The notes: a model not told the origin generated them from the letters alone. A stretch of 64,000 nucleotides of DNA from Eledone cirrhosa (GCA_964016885.1 OZ024762.1:25482001-25546000); one strand, 5' to 3'; shown: positions 14,568-27,932, counted from the stretch's first letter. Numbers and translations: made by a program.

Positions 14568-15347
14568 CACAGCTGACGTACCCAGCCTCGCCCGGGTAAA
14601 CAGATGATAGAGAAGACAGGTAAAAGAGAAAATGACTGTATTGGATGTTTGTCTGGTTACAGTATGAGGCGTGTCCGTTGGGTCTGTGTGATAGAGAAAT
14701 CAGTAAAAAAAATCTTCCAGATATATTAGATTCTTCGTTGTACCGTTTGTGCATAGTATATGAACAATTCTAGGTGCTCCCACCTAGAAGAGTGACCTCT
14801 AGGAGATGGTTAATCTTCTGCCTGACTGTAAAACGTGTATCATTGAATATACGTGGTTGTAAAAGATGATACTCAGCCAGTTCGTCTTCAACCATCGTAG
14901 CACGCCGTCGCTGCTTGGCTCCAGTGTTTCGTTGGCGTTGTTCAGCCAGCTCCTCTTCATTCATGGCGGCACGTCTTCGCCTCTGAAGTTCGGCGTTCCG
15001 ATGGCGCTGTTCGGCCCGTTTTTCTTCATTCCTGGCTGCACCCCGTCGCCGCCGTAGTTCACTGTTTGATAAAGTCGAATTGCTTTTACTTTCTGTGGAA
15101 CGCTGCACGCACGCACACACACATAAACATACGCGCACGTACATACACACTCACACATGGTAATAGTTACAGCGTTCACTTGCATCTCTGTTTCTTACTC
15201 TCCCCTCTCACTCCCTCATTGGCATTATGCATATTAATTTAAGTTTGGCGTCGTTGAGGTGGGCGGTGTCGTTTGAAACCTATGAACGAATGATAATCGA
15301 GAATTATGACACATGGAATACTGATGTCGTTGAAATTAATATATAGA
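14568..15347 (-). mobile_element. Non-autonomous Helitron remnant
   Basis: 5' TCTATATAT start; 3' subterminal GC hairpin TACCCGGGCGAGGCTGGGTA followed by a degenerate CTRR end; internal ~23-aa R/E/Q-rich repeats resembling RepHel N-termini. Confidence 0.65.
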
Positions 15348-15364
15348 TAAAAAAAGAAATGGCC

Positions 15365-15475
15365 GTATTATCGGAGTTGTGATCTTTCAATTCGGAGAAG
15401 TAGCGGCTCTACATGGAGTGACTCTCTGATCTTCGAGCTACGCATTTTATCGAGTAACGTTACTCCAAAGACCCT
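15365..15475 (-). mobile_element. RTE LINE ORF fragment
   Basis: Reverse-complement homology to 36590-36700. Confidence 0.6.
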
Positions 15476-15530
15476 TCGGAGGAACCCAATTTCAGCCGCT
15501 TGTATTTGCAATCATATTCTTTCGTTCATG

Positions 15531-15700
15531 AAGGCGCATGTAGTAGGGGTTAGAGCGTCGAGTTTACAATCCTGAGGTTGGGAGTTCGATTCTCGGATCG
15601 GGCTATGTGTTGTTCTCTTGAGCAAAACATTTTATTTCACGTTGCTTTAGTTAACTCAGTTGTAGAAACGAGTTTACCCAGTTATGAGTTAAATAGCCTT
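15531..15700 (+). mobile_element. tRNA-derived SINE
   Basis: tRNA-like head with B-box GTTCGATTC, followed by a CTTGAGCAA..TTTCAC core. Confidence 0.65.
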
Positions 15701-16155
15701 ACCAACCAGCAATTGACCAAGTGTGGTGAGCACAGCCACACCCCTGACATGACAAAAACCCCAAAACAGAAAACGGTGGAGGTCAAGCAGGGAGAGGACC
15801 CTGGGGTAGGAATAAAAAGGCCCTGGGATTGAATTCATGACCATAGCTAAGGGTTGGCACGAAAACAGAGTTTTTTCTGTCGCTTGAAGCAAGATCTCAA
15901 CAGTTATAAATGCGACCAGTTGTCTCTGAAGAGACAGTGTGAGTTAGAGAGAGAGAGAGGGGGGGGGGGGCAAAGAGAGGGGATAGAGAGAGGAAGAGGG
16001 GTAGCAGGGCAAACGACTATTTTAATTTACTTTCCGCTTGAATTGTCATCTAATTTTCTAATTAAGGCAAATTGAACATTTTATTTGTTTTGTTACATTT
16101 TCCAATTGTATTTTCAATTTAAGAATTTTTACACACGCGCTTTTTATCCACTGTT

Positions 16156-16195
<40 letters not shown>

Positions 16196-16247
16196 CAAAT
16201 TTATATGTGTGTGTATATATATATATACACATATATATACATATATA

Positions 16248-16283
<36 letters not shown>

Positions 16284-16329
16284 AACATTTGTTTATACTG
16301 CCTCTCTGTTTTTGTTCCCGTTCCAGGTT

Positions 16330-16383
<54 letters not shown>

Positions 16384-16618
16384 TATACATATGTATATAT
16401 ATAATTTATGTGTGTGCACGCATTTATGTATATGTATATATATATATATATATATAAATATATATAATGTATGTGTGTGCACGCATCTATGTTTATATAT
16501 TTATATATATGTGTGTCTGTGTGTCTGTGTGTGTCTGTGTGTGTGTCTGTCTGTGTGTGTGTGTCTGTCTGTGTGTGTGTGTGCGTGTGTGTGTGTGTGT
16601 GTGTGTATGTGTGTGTGA

Positions 16619-16674
<56 letters not shown>

Positions 16675-17254
16675 GCGTGCGTGTGTGGGGGGGGGTGTAT
16701 GTGTGTGTGTGTGTGTGTATACCGGCATTTTTTAGGTGTTGCAAATTTTCAATTTGGACTTGAATGCTCCATAAAAAATAAAATCTAAAATAAATCCATT
16801 ATATTTCTGTATTGTGTTATATTATTCTCTGCTTTTTTCAGAATCATTCTCTTTAATATCGTCAAAGTTATATAGAAGAAAAAACAAACAAAGAAACATA
16901 CAAACAAACAAAAAAAACAGTAAAAATAAATATATAAAAATAAAATAAAATATGCAACTATACAAATCTAGATTGAAATTGCTTCATTTAATAGTGAAAA
17001 TTAACGAGAAACTAATGATGGAAACTGATGATGAATAAATTGGTTAAAATTAGCAAGGGATATTTTAAATAGACAATTGTTAGATTTGTAACAATATAGG
17101 CCCCATACATATATTTTGTATTTCTTTACGTTTTACGTTCTCTTGTTGTGATCGGAGACTCGTTATAAAGAAGCTTAATTCAGACACTTCTTTTCCTTCA
17201 TCTAATTCTTCGTTCTTCTTTGCCCATTTATTTCTTAGAATGTCGTGAGGAGCA

Positions 17255-17400
17255 ATGTCCTCAAACACTCACACTAGAGGGTCCTGTCAGAAGCAACCAT
17301 CTCCAAACTAATCTGGCTGGATAACTAAAAGTGGCCAGGCCAAGCTCGTGGCTGTTATCCAACCATCTTGCTTGGGGTTGTCTACAGCTGGTTCTCTTCC
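17255..17400 (-). mobile_element. RTE LINE 3' coding end
   Basis: Reverse-complement homology to 36760-36910 (RARWLD..ASDR). Confidence 0.7.
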
Positions 17401-17402
17401 CG

Positions 17403-17964
17403 ACGGGTCTTTGGTCGAACGTTACTCGATAGAGTTCGTAACTCGAAGATCAGAGAGTCACTCCATGTAGAGCATCTACTTCCTCGAATTGAGAGATCAC
17501 ATTCCTGATACTATGGGCATGTGGTTAGAATGTCTCCGGAAAGAATCACTGGACAGATTTGTAGTTCGGAGATCAGATAGTGACTTTAGGTGGAGCTGCT
17601 ACTTCTACGAATTGAGAGATCGCATTCCTGATACTATGGACATGTGGTTAGAATGTCTCCGGAAAGAATCACTGGACAGATTTGTAGTTCGGAGATCAGA
17701 TAGTGACTTTAGGTGGAGCTGCTACTTCTACGGATTGAGATATCACATTCCTGATACTATGGGCATGTGGTTAGAATGTCTCCGGAAAAAATCACTGGAC
17801 GGATTTGTAGTTCGGAGATCAGATAGTGACTTTAGGTGGAGCTGCTACTTCTACGGATTGAGATATCACATTCCTGATACTATGGGCATGGTGTTTGAAT
17901 GTCTCCGTAAAGAATCAATGGACAGATTTGTAGCTCTGAGATCATAGAGTTACTCCAGGTAGAG
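17403..17964 (+). repeat. 123-bp tandem array (~4.5 units) derived from RTE ORF sequence
   Basis: CTACTT recurs at 17476, 17599, 17722 and 17845; the unit aligns to 36620-36745 (IERS..YYGHVVRMS.ERI). Confidence 0.85.
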
Positions 17965-18453
17965 GTCAACGTTGAGCGCCTCAGGCATATGGTACGTAGC
18001 GATCGTCGGCTGACTGTTCGACTGATGGCAAATGAGCTGTGAATGAATCGTGACAGCGTATGGAAGATTCTCACTGAAGATTTGGACATGCAGAAAGTCT
18101 GCACGAAGATGGTGCCAATACTGCTGAACGATTACCAGAAGGGTCGACGCGTGCAAGTGTGCCAGGACATCCTCGAGCGTCTTGAAACCGAACCAGACTT
18201 ACTAGTGACAGTCATCACCGGTGATGAGTCACGGATCTTCGAGTACGACCCGGAGGGGACCCGTTTTGAAGACGTGGACGACATCAAAAAAGCCGTGGCG
18301 ACGGAACTGCGGAGGATCTCGGAAGAATCCTTTCAGGAGTGCATGCAAGCGTGGCAGAAAAGGATGGAAAAGTGCATTAGACTCCAGGGTGGATTAATTT
18401 GAAGGAGAAAACTCTTGTGTGAAGTTTGGGTTTGAAATAAATCTTTTGTGACA
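17962..18453 (+). mobile_element. Internally deleted mariner transposase pseudogene
   Basis: DRRLTVR..KMVP..ITGDES.IFEYDPE joined directly to GTRFEDVDDIK..W.KR.EKC; most of the catalytic domain is missing. Confidence 0.9.
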
Positions 18454-18526
18454 ACTGTTGAGTGCTTCATATCAGTTATAAAACTTTTAAGCTTGTTGAA
18501 TCCCAACAAATTAAGTATACATTTGC

Positions 18527-18580
<54 letters not shown>

Positions 18581-18587
<7 letters not shown>

Positions 18588-19290
18588 CAAATAACGAAAC
18601 GAAATTAAATTTCGTTTCGTTTGTAACTCACTTTTGTATGACTGACGCTTAAACAATTAAGTTAAAAATGTATATCCACATATGTATACTGAAATACTAG
18701 TATGCATATGAATACACACACGTATACATATGTAGATGTACCGAGTTTTTCACTGGTCACTTTACTGTGAGTATCCAGCTATTCTGTATGTAAACACACA
18801 GACAAACCGGTTTTTAGAGTCATACTGGTTTTTGAGGAAACACCTTTCCTCTATTCTCCAGAAAGCCAGACAAGGAATATTGAACTAGTTTCGTTGTTGT
18901 TACAACTCATCAGCAATATTTACCTATCTTCCGGCCTTTCTAGAGAATCGTAAAAGCACATATCGTTATATGCTTTTTCTATGAAAATTAGTAGTGGGCA
19001 GACTAATTTGCATAGAGCGTGAGTACGTACCGGTTCAACGGAGACGATAAAAACAAATAACGAAACGAAATTAAATTTCGTTTCGTTTGTAACTCACTTT
19101 TGTATGACTGACGCTTAAACAATTAAGTTAAAAATGTACATCTACATATGTATACTAAAATACTAGTATGCATATGAATACACACACGTATACATATGTA
19201 GATGTACCGAGTTTTTCACTGGTCACTTTACTGTGAGTGTCCAGCTATTCTGTATGTGAACACACAGACAAACCGGTTTTTAGAGTCATA
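18581..19290 (-). mobile_element. HHR-bearing non-coding retroelement, 466-bp partial tandem
   Basis: 18581-18824 is repeated at 19047-19290; HHR at 18876-18920; flanked by (TA)n; third copy at 44629. Confidence 0.75.
18876..18920 (-). ncRNA. Minimal type I hammerhead ribozyme
   Basis: AATATTG-CTGATGA-GTTGT/ACAAC-GAAA-CTAG-TT-CAATATT. Confidence 0.85.
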
Positions 19291-19299
19291 ATATGATTG

Positions 19300-19346
<47 letters not shown>

Positions 19347-19361
19347 ACATACGATCATATT

Positions 19362-19399
<38 letters not shown>

Positions 19400-19562
19400 C
19401 ATACAATCATATATACATATATACATATACACATACAATCATATATACATATATACATACAATCATATATGATTGTATGAATATATATATATAAATATGA
19501 TCGTATGTGTACATATATATATATACATACAATCATATATATATATATATATATTTATATGT

Positions 19563-22035
19563 AGGAGGTGAGTTTTATTGTAGTACAATAAAGCAATGCA
19601 GATATCGGATAAGAAGCACTCTACAGTTTGTAGGACTGGAGTATACATAATATATAAGATCAAAAGATGGTTAAAGGAGTTCCATGTATTTTATTATGCG
19701 CATTTCAAAAACAAACATCATCACGCAATAATATTTGTGTTTTCATCAGATAAAACAGGAGAACATGATATGAAGGCTAAAAAACACTTGTGGATAGTGC
19801 AGTTTTAAATCAACATATGAAAAGTAGTTTTAGATTGATGTGTGATATTGGGAAAAATATTTTATTTAGAGAGGGGGGGGGTGGAAAGGATGAAAAAAGG
19901 GGGAGATGAGAGTGAAGGTGGAGAGGGAGAGATGGGTGATAGAGAGAAAGAGATAGTTTTTATAACTGAGAGAAGATATATTGTTTTACATAGAGAGGTT
20001 GAAAACCGTTGGAAGATAATGTATAAATTAAAAGAATTTGAAAATTAACGAAGGGAAAAATATGTACGAGGAAAAAAAATATATTTTATTTAGAGAGGGG
20101 GGGTGGAAAGGATGAAAAAAGGGGAGGAGATGAGAGTGAAGGTGGAGAGGGAGAGATGGGTGATAGAGAGAAAGAGATAGTTTTTATAACTGAGAAAAGA
20201 TATATTGTTTTACATAGAGAGGTTGAGAACCGTTGGAAGATAATGTATAAATTAAAAGAATTTGAAAATTAACGAAGGGAAAAAATATGTACGAGGAAAG
20301 AGAGGGAGTTGATATGTATTGAGATTAAAAATTGAGATTAAAAAGTTTGAAGATAGAGAGAAAAAATAATAATTGCGGATGAATATTCTAACGTCAAAAA
20401 GGTGTATGTTTATAAGTATTATGGCAATTTCCAAATTAATGAAGAGAAAAAATTATTAAGGTTTGCGTGTTGAAGGATTTGAGAAAAATAATGTGAAGTT
20501 AAAGTTTGTATATTGAAGGAATTGATAATATGTGCGAAGAAAGAGTTAATATGTATTAAAAAATTATTAAGGTTTGTGTATTAGATGATTTGAGAAAAAT
20601 AATGTGAAGTTAAGGTTTGTATATTGAAGGAATTGATAATATGTGCGAAGAAAGAGTTAATATGTATTAAGAATGAATATTCTAGCGTCAAAAGAAGGAG
20701 AGGGAGTTAATGTATTGAGATTAAAAAGTTTGATGATGGAGAGAAAAAAATAATAATTGCGGATGAATATTCTAACGTCAAAAAAACAAATGTATATGTT
20801 ATGAAGGATTTTACAAGGTGAAGATAGAATGAGGGTAATGAGTAAACAAGTATTATAGAGTGTATAATGCCCTTTGAAGTAAGGTAGGAAGATGGGTATA
20901 ATTTAAAGAGGTGTGTGTATATGTGCCTTTGAGAAAAGATTCTAAATTGATAAAGAATTGAATATTAGCTGTATACTTTGTGAAAAGTCCTATGGAATGT
21001 ATGCAGGCAGATAGAAAACAAATCTGTACGTCTATTTATTATAGAATCTAGATTAGAGATAATGGTAAATTTTTCATTTAGGCAGAGATTACAGATTTTA
21101 GATAGAGAGCTGTTCAAGTATGAGGACGCAGAAGAAACCTTCTTCCAAAAGATGGTATATTTAATGTTTTTGTCTTTCAAGGACCATATGAGTTCTGAGA
21201 GAGCCGTGTTGATTCTTTTAAGTTTGTATTTAAAAGATGAATGATGATTATAGAGACGAGCTTTAAAAGAGGTGGAAGTGGAGCCAAAATAGGTGAAGGA
21301 ATTGGTGCTAGTTATAACTTTACATTCATAAATTAAATTTTTATCAAGACAATGGTTGTTGAGAGGACATTTATTTTTAATACGGCAGTTGCAATTAGAG
21401 AGATTATTAATGAGTGACCTAGTGTTATCTATAGAAGGAATTGGATTGGAGAAGTTGTTTGCGATAGGAATAATAGGAATAATAGTTTCTTGATTTAGAG
21501 TTGGATTATGAACATTTAGCGAAGTTGTGTTTGACGTTGTATTTGGGTTTACAGAAGTTAGCCTAGGGTTTACAATGACGTCGGGAGTACTATTACTGTT
21601 ATTATGAAATTCAATGTTGGAAGGAAGAGATTTAGTATTTAGTATTTTATTGTTGTGTTTGGAGATAATGTTGGAAATGTTGGAGGATGTAGAATAAGAA
21701 AATTTGATGGTGTGTTTGTTAAATATTTTACTAAAAACATCTTTGATGCTAACGCCAATTACTATAATAACGCACTTTCTAAAGCCGGTTATCCAGATAA
21801 AATCAAATATAGTAAAGAAACAAATTCTAGAAAAACTTACAGTAGAATAATTAATTATGATCATTCCAATAACTTTAATAAAAGACCTAGATACAAAAAC
21901 ATAATCTGGTATAATGCTCCTTTCTCCATCTCTATTAATAACAATATTCCTAAATTATTTTTTAGTGCCTTAAATAAATGCTTCCCTCCCTCACATATCT
22001 ATAGTAAAATATTTAACAAACACACCATCAAATTT
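19563..22035 (-). mobile_element. 5'-truncated PLE with GIY-YIG endonuclease, 3' UTR, pLTR and a 5' inversion
   Basis: CNC..CPL..CL..NLIY.C..YFGST..FKAR..H..CNLCL.EK at 20965-21733 (-); upstream ORF part on + at 21738-22035; ~225-bp duplication in the UTR (19853-20295). Confidence 0.9.
19689..19755 (-). ncRNA. Type I hammerhead ribozyme
   Basis: TTTTAT-CTGATGA-hairpin-GAAA-TGCGCA-TA-ATAAAA. Confidence 0.8.
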
Positions 22036-22046
22036 GTTGTGATATA

Positions 22047-22165
22047 TTGGTAAAAGGAAAAGAAAAGGCTGACAAATTGTTCCCAGTGAAAAATAGTTTT
22101 TTACTTATTCCTAATTAAACTATTTTTCACTGGGGACAATTTGTCAGCATTTTCTTTTCTTATAA

Positions 22166-22170
<5 letters not shown>
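22047..22170. mobile_element. ~120-bp fold-back mini-PLE
   Basis: Inverted arms match the pLTR at 55660-55730 and the inverted piece at 57375-57428. Confidence 0.75.
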
Positions 22171-22228
<58 letters not shown>

Positions 22229-22642
22229 ATGAGTGTGTGTGTATAAATTGCGTCCGAAGTCTTGATGAAATTTAGAATATTCAATACTTGTAGAAGAGTG
22301 AACTTCTATCGGGTTACAGTAGATGTAGGATGTGGTAAATATATTCTTCCAATAGTTTAAATATGTAAATACATACATACATATATGTATATATATACAT
22401 ACATACATATATGTATATATATATATATCATATATATATATACATATATGTGTACATATCAATATGTATATATGTATAAGTATATATCATATATATATAC
22501 ATATCTATATGTATATATAACTTACGCATATATTTTTGTATATGTATATGCATGTATATACATATGTATATGTATATATATGTATGTATATAGATATATG
22601 TATATATACTTGCTTATATATATATGTATATATATTTGTATG

Positions 22643-22769
<127 letters not shown>

Positions 22770-23061
22770 GTGTGTGTGTGTGTATTCATATATATACATA
22801 TATATGTATATAAAATACACATGGATATATTGGATTGTATACTCAAGTATATATTTAATTAATGCACTTTCAATGGCGAACTATTGGCTGTTATCAAATA
22901 TGTTTGTGTATAGACAGCTGTATGATATATAACTTGACTAACCTCTTGTAACTGAAGTCCAAACGTTTGAATACCGAACATTCACGTTTAATTATTGCAT
23001 ATATATACATACATACATACATACATACATACATACATACATACATACATACATACATACA

Positions 23062-23092
<31 letters not shown>

Positions 23093-23109
23093 GTATATAT
23101 ATATATATA

Positions 23110-23900
23110 AGTTTAGGAATAACCAAAGAGTGCTTAGAAATACACTGTTTTATTTGCTAACAGTGTTTCCTCCATACCCTATGACAGGAATCATCAGAAC
23201 ATATAAACAAAAATATATCAAAGGTTGCGGGCTCCATCGAGCTCAGTCACCAGAACAAGGATAAAGGACAAGTAGAGGGGGTCCCAAGGCCAGTGCTATA
23301 TAGAAAAACACAGAATACATTATGCATATAATGTCATAAAAAATTACATCAAAAGTTTATCACATAAATGGTGCAATAGATGATAAAGAGGTTGAGAGAG
23401 GAGAGCAAGAAATGAGTCAGGGTGTTACTCAGCATGATAAAAAAACAACAAAAAAACAAATCAAAGCATAGACACATCAATTCATAAGCAGTGCAAATAC
23501 AGGATGTACAGGCAGAGTATGCACGCTTGGAAGCATGAATCAGTTCAAAGAAAAGTTGGTTAGCTGTGGTGCAGCTTTACATGTAGGATTATCTATAGGA
23601 AGGATGGTGGACTCCAGTTATATCGCCTTGTAATCTCTGTCTCCTAGAGACTCATACTATAATCTTTTCGAAACTAGACTCCTTAATAGAAAGTCAGAGA
23701 CATTTTCCTCGTGCCAACACCGATACCGTCACCCGTTCCATAACTTTAAACCTAGCTGTTAGTATATATCAATGTCAGATTTGATTTCTCCACCACCTTT
23801 AACATTTCATATCTAGGATTTATCAGCCCCACAGCTACACACTCTTTGATCAGCTCTTCCCTCTACAGAACTCCTATGTACCTCTAACCTTATACTCTGC
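23110..23900 (+). mobile_element. PLE remnant: inverted pLTR (HHR 23155-23201, -) plus ORF C-terminus (+)
   Basis: Minus strand TGTT-CTGATGA-..-GAAA-CACTG-TT-AGCA; plus strand CNLCLLETHTII and a frameshifted SCQHR at 23625-23745. Confidence 0.65.
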
Positions 23901-24499
23901 AATAACTGTTAGAATTAAACATAAAGTTACCACCTTTTGGTATAACTAATATAGCTTAATTATATTATATAAAGTAATGGATATTTAATATGTAGAGACA
24001 TTTAATGTAATATGTAATAATAAACTATATATACATTTATATAATTAAATACTTAAATTAATAACATGTATATAAGGGATCTACCTTTAACTCAATGTAA
24101 TAATAATAAAGTGTATATACATTTATAATTAAATATATAATGTAATAGTATTGTATATAAGGGATTCATTTTAAAACAATAATGTATATTATTACACAAA
24201 TGATATATCTATTTGGACATATAAACAGCTATACAATTTTCCATAACATATATCTTCTCCAGTAATAAATAGATAACAATCTTAAGGGACCTTTAATGCA
24301 TTATAATAAAATACACTGTATTTAAAATCAAGTATAAATGTATAGCATTATGTAATAGAGATTCAATTGTATCACATTATGTGTATTAGAGCAAGGATTT
24401 TGAATAACTGAATTTAATTAGCTAGTCCCCCCCCCCCCTTACTCACTTCCGGAAAAAAACAACTATAGTCCATGAATATTAATACAATAAGACTAATTT

Positions 24500-26209
24500 A
24501 CAATCCATTGCTTTAACTAACCACCCACCGGCAGTCATCAGAGCAGTAATCAAATCTATCTCGTATAGGATCTCCATGCTATCAGCAAAGGAGGAGATAT
24601 TTATAAACAATGCGGCATATTATAATAAGGCTCTTTCTGAATCTGGTTATGAACAGTCCATTTACTACATACCTAAATGCGATAACACAGCAATTCACCA
24701 TAATAAACTTAACACTAGAACTAGAAATACCTTAGCATATAGCCAGATTCGCAGTAACAGCACCTATACAGGGAACTTTAATGGTGGCAGCGGCCTGCTT
24801 CCCACTCCAAGTAGCAAACAAAAAATCAACCCTAGAATAGGAATGAGCAATGGGATGACAAATTCAAATGCCCAGGTAATAATAACCCTAGGAAGGCCCC
24901 TACCAACTGCACTAGAACCCCTAGATGGAATAGGCCTAGAAATATCACCTGGCTTAACCCCCCCATTCTCATCTAATCTAGCCACTATCCTATTTAAACA
25001 TTTCCCCCCGACCATAGATATTACAAACTCTTTAATAAAATTAACATTAAAATCTCATTCTGCACAACACATAACCTAGCTAGACACATCGCATTCAGTA
25101 AACCCTCATAAACTAAGACAGTATAACTCCCACACCGCGGTACCACCACCCCTATCAAATACACCACGCCACTACACCAATACTTACTCTAGTAGCACAC
25201 CTCCCCCATCTAATCCTTCTAACACTGACCAACCGCTTAGGTTAAACTACCCTACTCTCACTAACCGCAGAAGTAACTGCAACTGCCGTTACCCCAGTGC
25301 ATGCCCATTAAATGGACACTGCCTGACACCCAACATAGTCTATAGGTGCACGGTTAAAACTGCTTCGAATACCAGCTGCTATATCAGGTCTACCTCTAAC
25401 CCTTTTAAGGTACGCTATAACGCGCACTCTTTTTCCTTCCGAGACCCTAACAACAGATGTTCGACATCTCTAGCTAGGCTCATTAAAAAACTTAAATTAA
25501 CCAGCATTGAACACTCACTAACATGGGATATCTTAGCTAGGGCCCAACCGTTCAATAGACGAAGACAATCTTGTGAGCTCTGTATTACGGAAGCATATTA
25601 CATAACTCTATCACGACCTCTACCGATTAACGATAGAACGGAGGTAACTATTAGCTGTCAACATCGAAGGGCTAAATCCTTCGCCAACAAATATTTGACC
25701 CAACATAGTCATCTAGCCCCATTTTTACATGTAGCTAATAAGTTAAATAGTTATAACTAACTTAGATAATTATAAGTTACTTCCCTTACATTGTCTCTGA
25801 ATTAAAAAATTAAAAAATTAGCACTTAACTATAAACTACCCACAATTTCTAATCTCACGAGGAATTACTTCCCCTGAAACCACCCTCTAATTAGTAAGGT
25901 AAATATGTCCATTGGCGGCCATCGTGTTACTCATAAGCAGATCTCACACAATGCAGCCTCAACAGAAGATTACTGCTTGATTATGGCAGGCAGTTGATAT
26001 ACCCAGGACACCATAGTGAAATACCAATATATGGAACATTACATTTATGTAACATTCTTTCCTTACTTTAATTTATATTCCTTTGAAGTTCCGATGAGCC
26101 GCTCTATCTTTAACTATGTTAATTATTTTCAACTGAACAAGATCAATAATGATATAGAGTCATTTGATCCAGAAATATTATATGGAGTAGCGAAACAATT
26201 GTAAACGGA

Positions 26210-26210
<1 letters not shown>
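24500..26210 (+). mobile_element. 5'-truncated PLE (RT thumb, GIY-YIG, pLTR with HHR 26088-26206)
   Basis: NHPP..RISMLS..YNKALSESGY; NCNCRYPSACPLNGHCLTPNIVYRC..CELCITE from ~25275; HHR GTT-CCGATGA-long stem-GAAA-CAATTG-TA-AAC. Confidence 0.85.
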
Positions 26211-26240
<30 letters not shown>

Positions 26241-26242
<2 letters not shown>

Positions 26243-27706
26243 AGTTGCATTTATCTTGCTTTATGTTCATACGAGTTATCACCAAGTCACAACCAGTGAC
26301 CTCAAGAGACAACAAGGTCCGCCATGTTCAAGAAAGAACATACATACTCGCACATGCATCTTTAGTGTTTAGACTTGTGATGTACTCATATTGACAGAAT
26401 CTTCCTTAGTATATGGGCAGTTCCCATTAGTATCTTTTGTGTTTCTCCTATACGCGGGCTTCCTGGGATTTGCGATAAGTAATCATTAGACCCCTTAGGT
26501 ATCATTCCCAGAGCGCCTAAAATCACTGGTATTGATTTAGTTCTCAATTTCCACATTTTTCCGATTTCTATCTCCAGGTCCTTATACTTGCTCAATTTTT
26601 CAAATGTTTTTATAGATACATTCTTGTCTATTGGAACGGACATATCAATTAGCAGGCATACCCTCTTTTTAAAGTCCTTCAATATTATATCAGGTCTATT
26701 TGCATCTATTTTTCGGTCTGTTTGGATGCTAAAGTTCCACAAGATTGAGATGTGATCTTTTTCAAGTATGGGAGGTGGTTGATGCTCCCACCAATTCTTT
26801 TGATGGGGGAGGTCAAAATGCTTACACATTATCCAATGTATGTATTGTGCAGCTCTGTCATGCCTGTTTAGGTATTCGGTTGGAGCTATAGGACTGCACA
26901 TTGAAATTATATGGTCAATGGTCTCTGGTTGTTGTTTTGCATACACGGCATAATGGGCTGCATCCATTTTTTATTATGTTGGCTTGGTAATTTTTTGTTA
27001 GCAGACACTGATCTTGTGCTGATATAATCAGTCCTTCAGTCTCCGATTTCAGTCCAGATGATGCCAACCACTGATGGGTTAAAGTTTTGTCAACATCAGG
27101 ATTGTTAGCTCGCTATGGGTATTTTCCATACAGAGGCTTTTCTTGCCATTTCTTAGCCAGTTTCTGTAGCAGTTCTTTCTTTGCAGTTACTTTTACCTGC
27201 TTTGCTTTTTCTGTGTTTTCCATTTCAGCAGTAAATGGGACTTCTGAAATTTGTAGTCCATTACTGTATCTTTGTGCATCTTTTGTAATGGAATATGATC
27301 TTTTGATGCTTTCGTGTTTCAAAACGAGTTTGATCATCCAATCATGTGATTCCCTTAGATATGTAGATAATCCAATTGTTGCAGTTTTCAAAACAATGTC
27401 TAACTGGATTAACCCACGTCCTCCTTCTTTCCTAGGGAGATATGTTCTATCTATATCTGCCTTATTCTGTGCATGGTTAAGAATTTTCGAATTTTTGTAT
27501 CGAGCCTACGGATCTCTGTGCTTGCCCAGTTGATGACATTGTAACTGTAGGTTACTACTGGTATGGCAAGCGTGTTTATGGAATCGATCCTATTCCTTGC
27601 ATTGAATCCCGTTCTTAAGATTGCTCTTACTCTGCGGTAACATTCCTTCCTTATCCTTTCCCTCATTGGCGAGTTCTTGATTCCGTCTCCTTCACAAACA
27701 CCTAGA
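26241..27706 (-). mobile_element. R4/Dong-clade LINE 3' half with restriction-like endonuclease
   Basis: ETIDHIISMC..RHD..ILWNFSIQTDRKIDANRPDI..IDMSVP..EKLSKYKDL..IPVILGALG; (TTA)n on both sides; frameshifted. Confidence 0.85.
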
Positions 27707-27752
<46 letters not shown>

Positions 27753-27886
27753 ATTATTATTATTCTCTACATTCCTTACATCAAACTAAAATATGTTGAC
27801 AATCTTTTAATAATGTCTTCCTTGTGAAATGTGTGGTCTTGTTTTGCTTAACTAATGAATATATATCTACCTATCTATCTATCTAT

Positions 27887-27929
<43 letters not shown>

Positions 27930-27932
<3 letters not shown>

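Noticed and set aside
17403-17964. Possible CRISPR-like array or 152-aa repeat protein
   Set aside because: Contiguous 123-bp tandem units with no unique spacers; derived from RTE coding sequence in another frame.
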